NCBI RefSeq assembly: GCF_018350175.1
Contig: NC_058368.1
Span: forward strand, 164,116,001-164,180,000
Reading direction: 5' to 3'
DNA: 64,000 bases
From: Felis catus
Taxonomy: Eukaryota
Made by a program: the position numbers and the translations under genes. The notes beneath the pieces were generated by a model. It saw only the letters and a program-made list of their open reading frames with translations, did no database searches and was not told the origin of the DNA. Of the stretch, positions 39,201-52,140 are shown piece after piece (the stretch's first letter is position 1; the number at the start of each line of letters is the position of its first letter).

Positions 39201-41946
39201 GGGTTGAAACCATAGTTGAGTAAATATACATGGTTAGGGATTTTACTTTGTGAATGCTGTCTCTTTTGTAATTTTCATATTTATGTCTTCTCCTCTGGAT
39301 TACATTTTAATTCCTAAAGAGTAGAGATCTTATTTGTGCATGTTGAATGTATATACAGTAGTAGGCATTCAATTGCCAAAGTAAAACTCCATTTTTCTAT
39401 TGACTCTGAAGATTTCCTAAATCATGATATGTATATTTTGGTAGGGCATTTGAAATTGCCAAGTATAAATATTAGGATATTGTAAGATTACTTGTAATGA
39501 CCTCATGCCTTCTAAAGTAGCCAGGCAGTAGTAACCGTATGTATATATACATGCCTAGGGGAACAGTCTATCCATGGAGAATAAGTTTAATTATTGGTTC
39601 TTCTTTGTCTCCTTGATCATTCTAAACCTCAGAATAACTTACTATCATCTGGGAACTTTTCTAGCTTCATCTTTAAAGAACTGAACTTCCCAATATGTTA
39701 TTCTTTAGGCCATCTTCTTAGGTTGGAAATACGACCAGTAGCAATACATTAGTACTAAAAGCTAGAATGAAAATTCTTTTATATTGAAATCCTTTTGGAA
39801 TCATATTGGAAATTTCTTGTGAGTGAAAGATATAAAAAGTGTTGTATTTTTATTTCTGGCTAAAGTTTTACTAAGGTAATTTTTTTTTCTTTAGTATAAA
39901 GTTGATTTATTGCTCTTAAGTCAATAATTTAATTTTGGTAGAGGGTTCTATTTATTGATGGCAACATAATGTTTTAAGAACATTTATTAAATAGAGTTAC
40001 ATATGTCTAGAAGTGACTTGTTCAACATCAAAAATAAAGCATTACAAACTAAGAAATTCTTTATTCTGTGAGGTTGGAATAATGTAGAATGTCATCTCAT
40101 TGCTAGATAATGCTGACACAAATCTGATCCTTTTAGTTTTCTTGGCAGAAGGGAAAAAAAATCTATCCTGGAATTTACACATTAGTTAAGTTACTTTTCT
40201 GAGATAAGATTGTATAATAAGGAACAGCCTTTACTTGAGATATTTGAGACAGTGCCTTTTTACTAAAAGTTAGACATACACACACATACAACCTCAGAAA
40301 ATATATATTGATCCTATGACAAACTTATAATTCACTAAGTTACTTTTTTGGTAAAGTTCATTATGACCACTCTGTGAACGAAGGAAAGTGATGTTTCTTA
40401 ACTGACTTTGAGATAGCTTTATCAACTCTTTCTTTTCTGGCATTGAAGTAAGATATAAAATTCAGTGAGAGTCAACTGGACCTATCTGCTTTGATGTTTC
40501 CTACTGTAGATCTCAGTCCTTTGAACCTTAAACCTTTGACCTGACTGCTATTTCTGATATCTCCAAACATACTTCATGCATTCTTGGTTGCATTTCAATA
40601 ATTCTAATTATTATAAACAATACTATTTTTCTCCCATTAAAGGGGACTTAGACAAAATCAATTTGTTTGGTCAACACAATGCTTTGTTAGAAAATAAATA
40701 TTCCTACTTCCAGGGTTTTTTCAGGCTTTTCTTATTCTTTCTTGTTTCATATTCTTCTTATTAGTCATTTAATTTTACCTTGTGCTCTTTCAATATTAAA
40801 ATGTTGTAGTACTGAAATGTAATATATTATATAAGTGTACTAGTTGAGAAAATCTGTTAGAAAACAATCAATACATATATTGCATATTTAGAAAAATATC
40901 CTGAAGAACATGACTTGTATATGTGAATGTCCATACATATGTATGTGTATACAAGGTGGTAACAGAAGTTGACTCTGGATAAGTTAGAAGAATTATGGGT
41001 ATTAGTTATAGACTTTTATATCTTGATTTCTGTTGAATGAGCCTGCATTGCTTTGATAAAGTGAACTTTGCTTCTGTTTTTCATTGTTTCAAGAGAAAGA
41101 AGGTCTGGTCATAGACTTTGCAAGATACGTAAAAGGAGAGATGCTAAGACAGAACTGGGTTTGAGGAGGATGATAAAAATGCCACAGGAAAAATGTCAGT
41201 GGGAAAGTTACACAAATGTGAGCACTTGATCATATGTGCGCATACATACACATACCACATACACACACAGAATTTTCTTTTCTCAGTTATCATTCTGGTC
41301 ACATATTAAAGAAACAGTGCTTTGAGGAAAAGATTCAGCTAATAATGCTCAAATGCTCTATACATATTCACAATGGTTTGCAAGCTGGATGCTGATCCAT
41401 TCTGCCTAGTAGTTTATTCCCCCTGTGACTGCTTTTCAGTGTAAAGGAAAAGATACTTGACTGAGCAGACAGGATCAGCATGATGCAAGTACTGGTAGAA
41501 AATGCATAAAAGAATGTTGCTTGGAGAACAAAGTCATACTTCATTTCAATTTCAAAATATTTTTAAACATTCTGTAATTGTGGTCAGTGTGTGGTTTCAT
41601 ATTTGCAGTTATAAAGAATTATATTTGCACATAAATTGCAGACTCAACATTTAGTGAACTATTGGCTGGCATAAAACATTGACAACATTTTAGAGAGCTT
41701 ATGTGTTTGTACTAAGACAGCCACATATAAGGGATGAGTTCCCCCAAATTAAGCATAATTCAAAGTTATCGTATTTCAAGAAAATTTTCTTAGAAGAATA
41801 AATGTAAACAGTGGTTGCCTCCTTTGAATGCATAAATATTCAAGTTACTAGCATATTTCAAATATTCTTTTTATTTTCTCTAAAATATTCACAGTAATCT
41901 CTCTGATAGTAACGTTACGGAGAATGAGAGTCACTCAGTCTTAGTT

Positions 41947-42633
41947 TGTATCAGTGTCCATTCAGAAGACAGAACCTGTGAAATGATTTGAACAAGGAAA
42001 GTTGTGTTGAAGAATTACTCAGTATAGATTGTAGTTAGTAGGATTTGGTAGCTAGGATTCTAAAGATTCTAGTATTACTAGAGACAGAGCAGCACCAATA
42101 CTTAGGGCTGGAACACAGCACACAAGGAGGAGTTGCCTCTCTATGACTGAGAGGCAGCCTTTGAAGGAGATGGCAGAGCTGAGGCTGACTAGATGGCAGA
42201 AAAATCATTGCACTGTTGCACTGCTAGAACTTGCTAGCAATCTGCCCTCTAGAGCTTGCCAGAAACCCACCTGTGAGAGTGCTAGGGAAATCTCTTCACC
42301 ATGAGGTGGCTCTCCAGAAGGTCCTCAACTATGAGACTGCCTGAGCCAGGTGCTTTGGAAACTGCTGTGCTCTGGGTGCTGGTGCTTGGTACTAAAAGAA
42401 GCCGCCTGCAGTGTGGGAGCCTGTCCAGAAGCACACCTCAACCAGCCAGGAAAACGCTTTTCTCATGCAATGTCCTTCTAGCACCCTCTTGACAAAGCTT
42501 AACATCATTCCAGCAAGGAAAGGAAAAAAAAAAAAAACACTTTAAGTGTTCTTCTATTTTTTTTTTTTTTTTATTGCTCAGGCAATGAAAAATGTATTTG
42601 GAGCCAACAGACAATGAGTTGGTAACAGGCACA
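41947..42633 (-). mobile_element. Old ERVL-class solo LTR (LTR41-like)
   Basis: TG...CA ends; aatgtccttctagcaccctcttgacaaagcttaacatc motif; GC-richer than flanks. Confidence 0.6.
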
Positions 42634-45504
42634 GTCTTTATCTTAACATTTGATTGCCTCTAAATTTTACCACGAAATTATTGATTTCCAGATTTTTTCC
42701 CCTACCACCAAGCACCATTATGGCTTGAAAAATGGTGACTTTCGCTTGAAAGCGAATAATATGACTTAATCGCTTGAAAAATAAAGAGACTGTAAAAAAC
42801 TTTATGTTACATTGAGGGTGAACATTAAAATAATGGTATGATATGCAGTCAAATCATTCATAGAAATGTTTAAGCACACAAAATGTGTTGCTCAGATAAC
42901 AGGAATATTTACCAATTCAAAGGAATTTGTAATTTAAATTTCAGTCACCATCATTTTAGAAATTAGGCAATTCTTGATATGTTTAATTTTTCGATATTTG
43001 TGTTATTTTATGTTTTGCATAAAATGAGATTCATAAATATATTTTAGCATAATACTTTAAATTTCCAAGGTCACGTTCATAGAAAATGTGATTTAGTTAA
43101 GGATATTCTCCATCACATTGTTAAACCATTATCTTACTCGTTGCTGTTGGAAGAACAGACAGAGTGTGGAACGATTATCCTAAACCTCTCATCACTATAA
43201 GGGAAACAAGTTGTTCCATCTCCCTAGTGATGACTCGGGCATTTTTCAACACTCTAAAATTGTCATTCAACCTGTGCTTGACTATTTCCCACTTACACGG
43301 TTGAAATTATACTTTGGGGAAATTTCTTCAGCTTCTTAAGCCATTTTACCTTTCAGAGTTTCATATTATTTTTAGAAAATAGTAGTTTGGGGTTCTGGGC
43401 CTAGAGCCCAGTGCTCTATATCCAAACCTCTAATTTGAATTAGTCACTGTGTAAAATTATGCAGGTCATTTAACCCTTCTCTTTAGCTTTTCAGCTTCTG
43501 AGGAAGAGGCACTGTTTTTCCTGATAATGCTGAAACCAATGTCCTTCTAATTTAAAATGCCATCAAACCTAGAAAAAACAGGCTCAGGTCGTATTTTATG
43601 AGCAGTTTTCTTGAAGTTGAGCTTTCCTTCTGTAAAACCAGTGCTAATATTACAAGGAGAAAGCGTTTTCCAAGAAAGATACTTGGTCGACATTCCTGGC
43701 TTATGAAAGACAATGATTTCATGTAAGAGAGTGCCAGGTATGCCTTTGGGCTTTATATTAATTTGTGAAACATTCCTTTCATTATGTTTCCTGTTCAAAA
43801 ATTATGCACATTTGAATCAAAGCCCAATGACAGTGTCTAGTAACTGAAAAATATTTATTTCTCCTTGGAAATCTTACCTGCTTAATTACCCAATCTTTTG
43901 GGAACACAGCCAAAGCCTAGAGTGAGTCTTTTGTTGTAGGAAGAAAAGAGAAAAATAATTTGGTGCTAAGGGGAAACAACTCTCTTACAGCTCTTGTGGA
44001 CCATCTTGTCATGTTTGGAGTCACTCTGCTAGGCTGCCGTTGTTATCTGGCTTTGTGTCATTACAGTTCACATCATATGATAACCCCAAGGCAAATAACC
44101 CAGTTCTTTTGCCACCCTTCTTTTTTTCTTCTGCTCTCTCGTATTCATGTCCAACTTGCTCTGGCTTGTTCATATTCTGGGAGTAATGGGGTGAAGTTAA
44201 TATAAGACTGTTAACTCTCAATTACTCAGGGGCTAATTATCCAGTCTATTGATTGCAAAGTCCAGCCTTTGCTTTTCCTGCCTTTTAAAGGGTGGTTGAC
44301 TGCCCGTTAGGACTTGAACCAGACCAAAGTAGGGGGTGGAGAGAGAAAGTGATAAAATTCAAATCTATCTCTTCTGCAGCTTATTAGCGCTAGTTAAGAG
44401 CTTAGGTGAATGGCAAAAATATGGTTTTGGGACACCTGCATATTCAATTTAGTCTTGCTTTGCCTTGTCATCTTTTACCATGGATAATTGAGTTGGCTTC
44501 ATTACCTTATGTTCATATAGTTAATTCTCAGAAGTTGGGTTTTTTATTGCTTTGGAGCAGTGACTTAATGGATACTTAAGGCATTTGAGGGAGCTATGGG
44601 TAAGCTACATAAACTTCACTTTTCAAATACGGAATCAGAGACACAGAATATTCAAACTGGAAAAGGGCGCTTGGTGGGATCATGGGTTAGAGCAATTTTT
44701 CACTCTTTGGTCTGAGTTCACAGATACACAGATGTGATAGAACTGCCTACTGATAGTTCATCTCGTCCAGGGGTTCCCTACAGTGGTCAGTGAATCTAGT
44801 GTAATACAGCCATGAGGAGTTTTGAGGAGAGTTGGCATAGGTTTTGGCTTCATTTGTGCAATGTCTGGCTGGTTGAGCTTGATATATAAATTCATTTCAC
44901 TTAGCAGAATGTATGGAATGTAGTAAGCACTCAATAAAGGGTCAGCTTAATTCTAATTGTAGTAATAACAGGTGTGGTGGCCTTAGTACTGCTGCTAATG
45001 AAGTCTTTGATTCTTTTAATAGTTTAAGAATAATAAATAAAGCCTTACATGTACCTGTGGAAAAGCTGTGTAGGTTATTAATTATATTAATTAATTATGT
45101 GGTAATTTAATCTCAGATTACGGTTTTATGAGGTTTTCCTTAGTGCAACTCCCTTATTTTATAACTGCAAAAACACAGGCCCAGAGAGTAGAATTATTTT
45201 TCTCAGTTCACCCAACAAGGGCAGAGATGCCAGTGGAATTAAGATGAGGGGCTCCTAACTTACCCTCTGTTTCACAATTGTACTGATGTTAGATCTCCAG
45301 TCATTTAATTCCTGGATTTAAGAAGTGACCTCCATTTGCCTTTTACTCACTCTTCTGCTCCAACCTCATTGCTTGTCTTCTTAATTTCCTGATTGGAAAT
45401 GGGACAAAAGAATAACTTGTAAAACTAAGAGACCTGGGAGAAATGATGATGGCAGCAAATCCTTAGTTGTTAGTAGTACAGCAAAATGCAGTGGAATAGT
45501 GGTG

Positions 45505-45750
45505 GAAGTAATGTGTGTCACTTTTGAGGCAAGCCCTTTAGAAAACAGGTATGCCCTTTCCATCTTCTTTCATGTTTTATCAGCGGGACTAGGCAGGCTG
45601 AGGGGATAGAAGTCCTACCAGATAGATAGGTTCTGGGTCCCTGAATCACTACATGGAGGAAAACAGCTTTCTGGAATATCTGCATTGAACAACAGTGTAA
45701 ATGTGAAACCTCCATTATAAGCTAATGGCAATTGGAGGGTATGGTAGTAG
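45505..45750 (+). mobile_element. Old MLT1-like MaLR LTR fragment
   Basis: aatgtgtgtcactt...tgggtccctgaatcactacatggag...aaacctccatt. Confidence 0.5.
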
Positions 45751-45889
45751 TACTCCAAATGATATCTACACTAATTTGTTACATTACATGCTATAAAATG
45801 GCAATCTCTGAACCATAATTCCTATGTGCATATGTCTTCTATTTTCTTATAAAAAGAAAATTCAGTTTGGCATAAGTACTTACTATTTA

Positions 45890-46151
45890 TTTATTTTAAA
45901 TTTTTTAAAATGTTTTTATTTAAACATTTAAAGAGAGACAGAGATAGAATGCGAGTGGTTAGGGGCAGAGAGAGAGGGAGACACAGAATCGGAAGCAGGC
46001 TCCAGGCTCTGTCTGAGCTGTCAGCACAGAGCTCCACCCGGGGCTCAAACTCACGAGCGGTGAGATCATGACCTGAGCCGAAGTCAGGGCGGTGAGATCG
46101 TGACCTGAGCCGAGGTCAGATGCTCAACCGACTGAGCCACCCAGGCGCCCC
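45890..46151 (-). mobile_element. Can-SINE with internal 32-bp tandem duplication
   Basis: TSD agtacttactattta; duplication at 46057-46119. Confidence 0.96.
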
Positions 46152-46599
46152 AGTACTTACTATTTAAAGAGGCTTCTTGTAGTTATTTGGTAAGGCATTC
46201 GTATAATACTTTGAGAAATACTGAAATATAAATATACATTCTTCTCAAATAATATTTTTTCATGGAAAGCAAAACAAATTACATTTCAAATTATTTGGAC
46301 TAAAAACAATAGTGAGCAGAGCACGCAGAATAGCACATATTAAGTATGCAAGAACGCATGAAGTTAAGCGAAGTAACAGTAATGTAGTGTAATTTGTAAT
46401 AAGTATAATACTTTTTATTCTGCACAGCAAAAAATCACAACACTATGAAATTTATGTGAATTTCTATAACCAATATTTCTCTTCACGCTGGAATCAAATT
46501 TGTAGTTTCTTTTTTTATCATTTCACCAGTGTCTCAAAACTGTGGTAATATTCACAGTTCCTCCTAATACCACCTGCTGTTTAATTACATATATTCCAC

Positions 46600-47100
46600 A
46601 CGGAGATGTGAACGAACACATTTTAAAAGAAAAAGTCCTACATTTGACCACCGCCATACCCCAGGCCCCCATGCATTTGTCTTCAACGCGTTAGCTAAAA
46701 CCCAACGCCAATGCTTTCTTCACGCTCATCTCTTCCTGCCAGTCTCGTTTATTCCCTGCTTTTCATCTCAGAGATTCTTTAAGGGTTATAACCAGGGGCT
46801 CCTTTCCCAGAAGTAACAGTTTTAGAGGACTGAGGTTTAGAACCAACTTAAAGTCAAGTCTCTGGGTCAAGAACCTATGGGTACTCCTGTTGGGGTAATA
46901 GTTCAATCGTGCTAGTTTGGGGCTGATAAACCAGTTCTTAGCGGGGCAGCTTCCGGACTGCATGGTTCTAAATCCAAATGATTGTGCCGGCCACTCCATC
47001 TGCCAGTGGTGTTGAGCACAGCATGACGTGAGATGAGATTCCACTTCTGTCAGGTCCTGTGGCTGCATGCGTCTCTCAGCGCAGGCATGTCACAACACTG
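46600..47100. promoter_or_regulatory. Candidate enhancer/promoter (locally CpG-retaining unique DNA)
   Basis: About 15 CpGs in 500 bp by manual count, outside any recognised repeat; ETS-like cttccgg and CRE-like tgacgtga. Confidence 0.35.
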
Positions 47101-50100
47101 AGAAGGAGCCAAGAAAATATTTATTGTTCACACAACATACCTCCCATACTTCCTCTAGTACTTAACTAAGAGACAGTGGTCTGCTTCTAAGTCTGAAGGG
47201 GGAAAAACGACCCTGGGGCAGTGCTGAACTTACTGAAAAGATATTATCAAGCAAAATTGTTGATGGTTGATTCTACGTGATTTTTGCCATATAAACAGAC
47301 TTTAGAACCCACGTTCTGAGTAAGATATGGGGAGTTCTGGTCCCCTGGGATCAGAAGTAACAGATAATGCTTGCATATTGCTTCCTTACGCCCAATTATC
47401 CCTAGTAGGAAATGTCTTTTCCCCTTCCTGCCTCTCTCCCTCCCTGTCTCCCTTCTTCCCTCCCTGACCTCATTCCTTACTTCTTTTTCTTTTCTTTTTT
47501 AGATGGAAAGGGCTGCATCAGGGTTGTGGACCCTGAGAATAAGTGTGGGACCTTCTCAGGTTGATTATTTCTATATACATTTTCCTTCCATTCCTGTGAT
47601 GCACTGAATCAAGCTTGCCTTCGGAACTGATTATGAGAGGTGGCTGGTATAATTTTGGCAAAACAGAAACATTTGACTGACTTTCTTCCATAAAATCTAT
47701 CTTGTTCTACCCTCAGCCTTACCTTTTGCCCTTGAACAATACCTTTTATCTTTCTTTCTAAGTGGGGATAGTTTTTCTATCTCACAAACAAAAATTCAGA
47801 AAATGCAGATATCTCATGGAAAGTCAGCTTTTGACTTAAAATCATTTGTTCTGAAAGTCAAAAGTTGCTTTAAGTCTTTGACCTGAAACAAACAGGAGAG
47901 GAAGTTTGAGGTACATGTGTCTGTGTGTGGGGGGTGAAGTGGGGTAAGGTCTTGGAAGCTGGGGGGGGGTGGGAATTCACAACTCAGGAGGATTAGAGAC
48001 CTCAGAAAGAAGCTGGCTTAGATTTCCAACTTCTTTTTGCTCAAGGCCAGCTCTGTTCCTCTTCAACTATGTGGATGCAAATAAAAAAAGAGAGGCACTG
48101 AAAATATGCTACTGGCACAATCTACTTTTTCATAACCCTTTGTAATATGGTTCTCTATCAAGTTACAGTTCTAATGAGAAATTGCCTCTTTGCAAGTGTG
48201 GAATGTGTACCAATGTTTTGGAATAATCTTGCTGAGGATGCAGGAAGAACACAAGCAATATACTGAGTGTTGCAAATCAACCCATCCGAATTTTTTGTTA
48301 TGGCGGGGGAGGCAATCATACTCCATTCCTGCTGACAGAACTCTGGCTCAGAAATAAATATTGGCAACATCTCTTTTCTATACCAAATACAATGAATTTT
48401 TTTTTCAGTATAAATGCCATAATAAACTTGCTGTGTTAGGAAAGAACAGAGATGAATGAAGCTTGGTGTTCCCTGGTTTATACTCAGAGACTAGCTATTC
48501 ATTGTGTTTTATTCTCATGCTACAAAGTAAAATATGCAAGTTTATCTCTTAAAATTACTCAGGGAAAAATAAAATTACTCAGGAAATGACAATGAATTGC
48601 AAAAGATAGCACAAGAGTATGGAGGAGAGAAAATAGAGGATATACTAATTAATAGAAATGTCTTGTCTCCCTGGTAGGAAATCAAGCTAAAATATAATAG
48701 ATTTTTCCATAACATAAATCTGTATTAATGACCAATAATTCAGTGTTTCTGTTTTCAGTAGTCAATGCAAGTTCCAATGGTTTGATACCCAGTCTGAATC
48801 TGTTATCACTGAGCCAATTCAGTGGGAGAAGTTGCATTCTGCCTAAGGATCTAACAAGCTTCCCTAGTTTTCCATCAAAGGACTAAAAACAATCAGCAGC
48901 TTTTTTTTTTGTTGTTGTTATTTAGAAAGAATCTGTAGTGGGAAAAATGACTATTCTGGAAGAAACAGTTAATATATTCAGTGCTTTGTTCAAGTAGACC
49001 TACTCTTTCTTGATGGCCACCATGGTTTTCAGCAACACTATAAATTTAACATCTAAAGCACAAAAGACAGCCAACAAATAGTTTTCACGACAACAACAAA
49101 ACCCCCCAAATTAGCAAAGAGGCAAAATGTGAACTGAGGAAATCCTTAAGTTTGTGACTAATGTGTCAAGAGATGTTTCCAGTTTCAAATCATATGAGGT
49201 AGGAAAAGTACAACATTGTACAGGTGGTACATCATTTAAACTGAACTTTAGCACTGTACTTATTTTTTTCTTTAAAATTCAGTACAAAATGGACTCATCT
49301 TTATTATAGTCTTTAAATAATTATTAGGCTTAATTGCCACAGTTCATAGAAATTTTAAAATTAGCAAGTGGTGCTTATCTCTCTGCAGTGCTCAGTGTTA
49401 ATAAAACATGCTGCTCCATAAACACATTTCACATCATATTTGTCCATGATTATTTCATTGTTTTTCCAAGTACAGATGCCAAGAGACAAAGTGTTGCCGA
49501 ATTCCTGTAATTACCAGCATTTCCCTTGATTTGTGTCCATGAAGTATGTAGTCAATCTCTATTGTCTTCTGCCTTCGTTTTGAATCTGTCCCCAGTGCAG
49601 GGATGTTAAAAACACCATTTAGCTACACAGCCTGCTCAATTTAAAAAAAAAAAAAAAAAAAAAGGAAAATTGCATTCAAGCTACTAATTAGAAAAAGAAG
49701 AGAAGTGAGCTGTGAATAAAAAGAACTGCCTTTTAAAAGGCTTTAAAGAGAAACTTGAAACTGTGCTGCATTCAAAAAAGGGATGATCTTTAGTTATCAA
49801 AGCTAAATTTTAATATAGCAGTTACAGGCAAGATTTAGCTAACTCCTTAATATTTGAAAAGCAGTCACGTGAATGAGAATTCAGGTAATGTCCATTTCTT
49901 TTCTACCTTTAAAGAGGAGCTTAGTTAATTGATTTTTTTTTTTTTTTTGGTTATCAGACACTTATTTTTCTAGAAAGCTGCTTCCATCTCTTTAAGATGA
50001 TTTTGACAATTTTGTTAAATGTGCATTCCTTTAAAAAAATACACTGATGGCCTATAATGCACAGATATTTGGCAAAATTGTAAATAGAGTTGTCTCCTCA

Positions 50101-50947
50101 ATAGATAATTCTTCCAAATGATTTATTTCAACAGCTCCTCAGATATATTTAGAATAAACTATATTTTGATCACCACAGACATAGGGTAAATGATTTAGAC
50201 AGGTCGATAAATAGCAAGTAGTAGAAAATTGTCTTTCCATTTAATGTTACAATATAGAAGTCTCCTGCAAGAAGATGGTTAAAAATTCCAGATATAGATG
50301 TTGAAGTAGAGTCTAAGCAGTCTCTATAACCTTATCTACCTTGTGGGCAGGAAATATGTCATGTGTTCTCTTGAAACTAATTCTTAATTACTTTAATGCT
50401 CTATATATTGATTGATCAAAAATATGAAAAGGTCTATATATTCAGTGGTATTTTACTGATTTTGGTTTAACTGGGAATGGTGCAGGAAGAATACATTTAA
50501 ACTAAGCTATTTGGATATCTTACGCTTCTTTACGTTCCCCCCACAATGCTTTGAACATGGTAGTCCAGACAGTTTCCCTTATTTCCACTGTTATTCTCCC
50601 AGAAATGAGAAGTCCATTAAAGTCCATCAGGAGTTCACCATGTTTATTTCACTCACTTTTTCAACCCTAGGACCTAGGTACGAGGGCACTTACATAGGTA
50701 GGCCACTAGATGCTGCTAGTATCCTTTCCATTGCTCAGTATTCTGTGACTCTCCCTTCTAGGATGAGAGTCATCAGACATTGAAGTCTGTCTTCTCAAAT
50801 TGGAGCCATTTAGCTTCCTGCCTCTAGGAGTAGCTTGGTTGCTATCTTCAAACTATTCCTTAGTTTAGGCAGGAGGAATTTAAGAAGGTCCAATTTTTGA
50901 GACTTATTGTCGAATGACCTTATAGGATATTATCCCAAGATGCAGGG

Positions 50948-51017
50948 TTTTTTTTAAATTCTTTTAAAGTTTATTTATTTATTTTGAGAGAGACAGAGAC
51001 AGTGTGAGTGGGGAAGG

Positions 51018-51069
<52 letters not shown>

Positions 51070-51195
51070 CCCAAGCAGGCTCCATGCCGACAGCACAGAG
51101 CTGATGCGGGGCTCAAACTCATGAAATCATGACCTCAAGACATGAGCTGAAACCAAGAGTCAGACGTTTAACCAACTGAGCCACCCAGGTGCGCC
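50948..51195 (-). mobile_element. Can-SINE with expanded (GA)n
   Basis: Ends caactgagccacccaggtgcgcc. Confidence 0.95.
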
Positions 51196-51899
51196 TTCCA
51201 AGACCCAGGTTTTACCCAAATTCTGTTTCCTCCATGCCTGCATTTCTACTTTGGACCTCATGAAGTTTCCCTGAAGGGTTAGATTCTTGGCAGTCTCCAT
51301 TTTCCCTTCTACCTTCAACTCCAGAAGACTAGAGTTTTATTTTTCAACTTTATTTTGACAACTTGGCAAAGCAATTGCCTGCCTTCCAGTGGCTGATAAC
51401 CTTCTGAATCTTCTGCTGGTTGAAATACAAGTTCTATGAGTACATCCAAAGTTAGTTCAGATGGATGGACAATATAGCTTCACTTTGGTGACCAAACCAA
51501 CTACAAGGGTTTCATATGTTAATCTGGCTAGCTGGGAGAGTGTCCCTTTCCTTTCTTAAGGACCCCTTACTTCTGCCTCCCTCCACCAACCTATTTAATA
51601 GAGTAAAATAGATGAAGATAATGTCCTTTGATATAGGAAATTGTTCTTTGCCCAAGGTTATGGAAGTAGCCCCCTTTCCTATGATAACATTAAAACTTTT
51701 GATCTTATTTGAGTCATGTTTCCTAAAAATGAAAACTTAAATGTGTTTTTACAATGAGCTTATTTTCTAAATTATTAAGCGTTCTTGAGATTACTTTTGT
51801 AAATAATATATTTTTGTTTTGAAACTTCAAAAGGAAATTGAAATAAGGAAAACTTAAAAACTTTAGTTATCTATGTTCTTGTATGATATTTCTATAATA

Positions 51900-52140
51900 A
51901 AGATGTCTAGCACTTTTAAGTGTGTACCAGTATTTTACTAAACCCTTTAGAAGCTCTATCTCCTTTAAGTCACATAACCATATTAGGTGGGTACAATTAG
52001 TTATTCTGTTTTTCACATGAGAAAACTATAACAGAGAGAGGTTGCCCACCTTGCCTGCTGTCTCACAACTGATAGGTAGTAGGGCATGAATTAAAATGTA
52101 GGTTTGATATCAGAGGTCATTCTATTAATCAATGTAATAT
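51900..52140 (-). mobile_element. MIR
   Basis: tcacataaccatattaggtggg...ttttcacatgagaaaact...cagagagaggtt. Confidence 0.6.

Noticed and set aside
48550..48586. Short direct duplications (aaaattactcagg twice; similar ones near 21.9, 24.75, 57.08 and 63.5 kb)
   Set aside because: Ordinary slippage duplications with no further structure.
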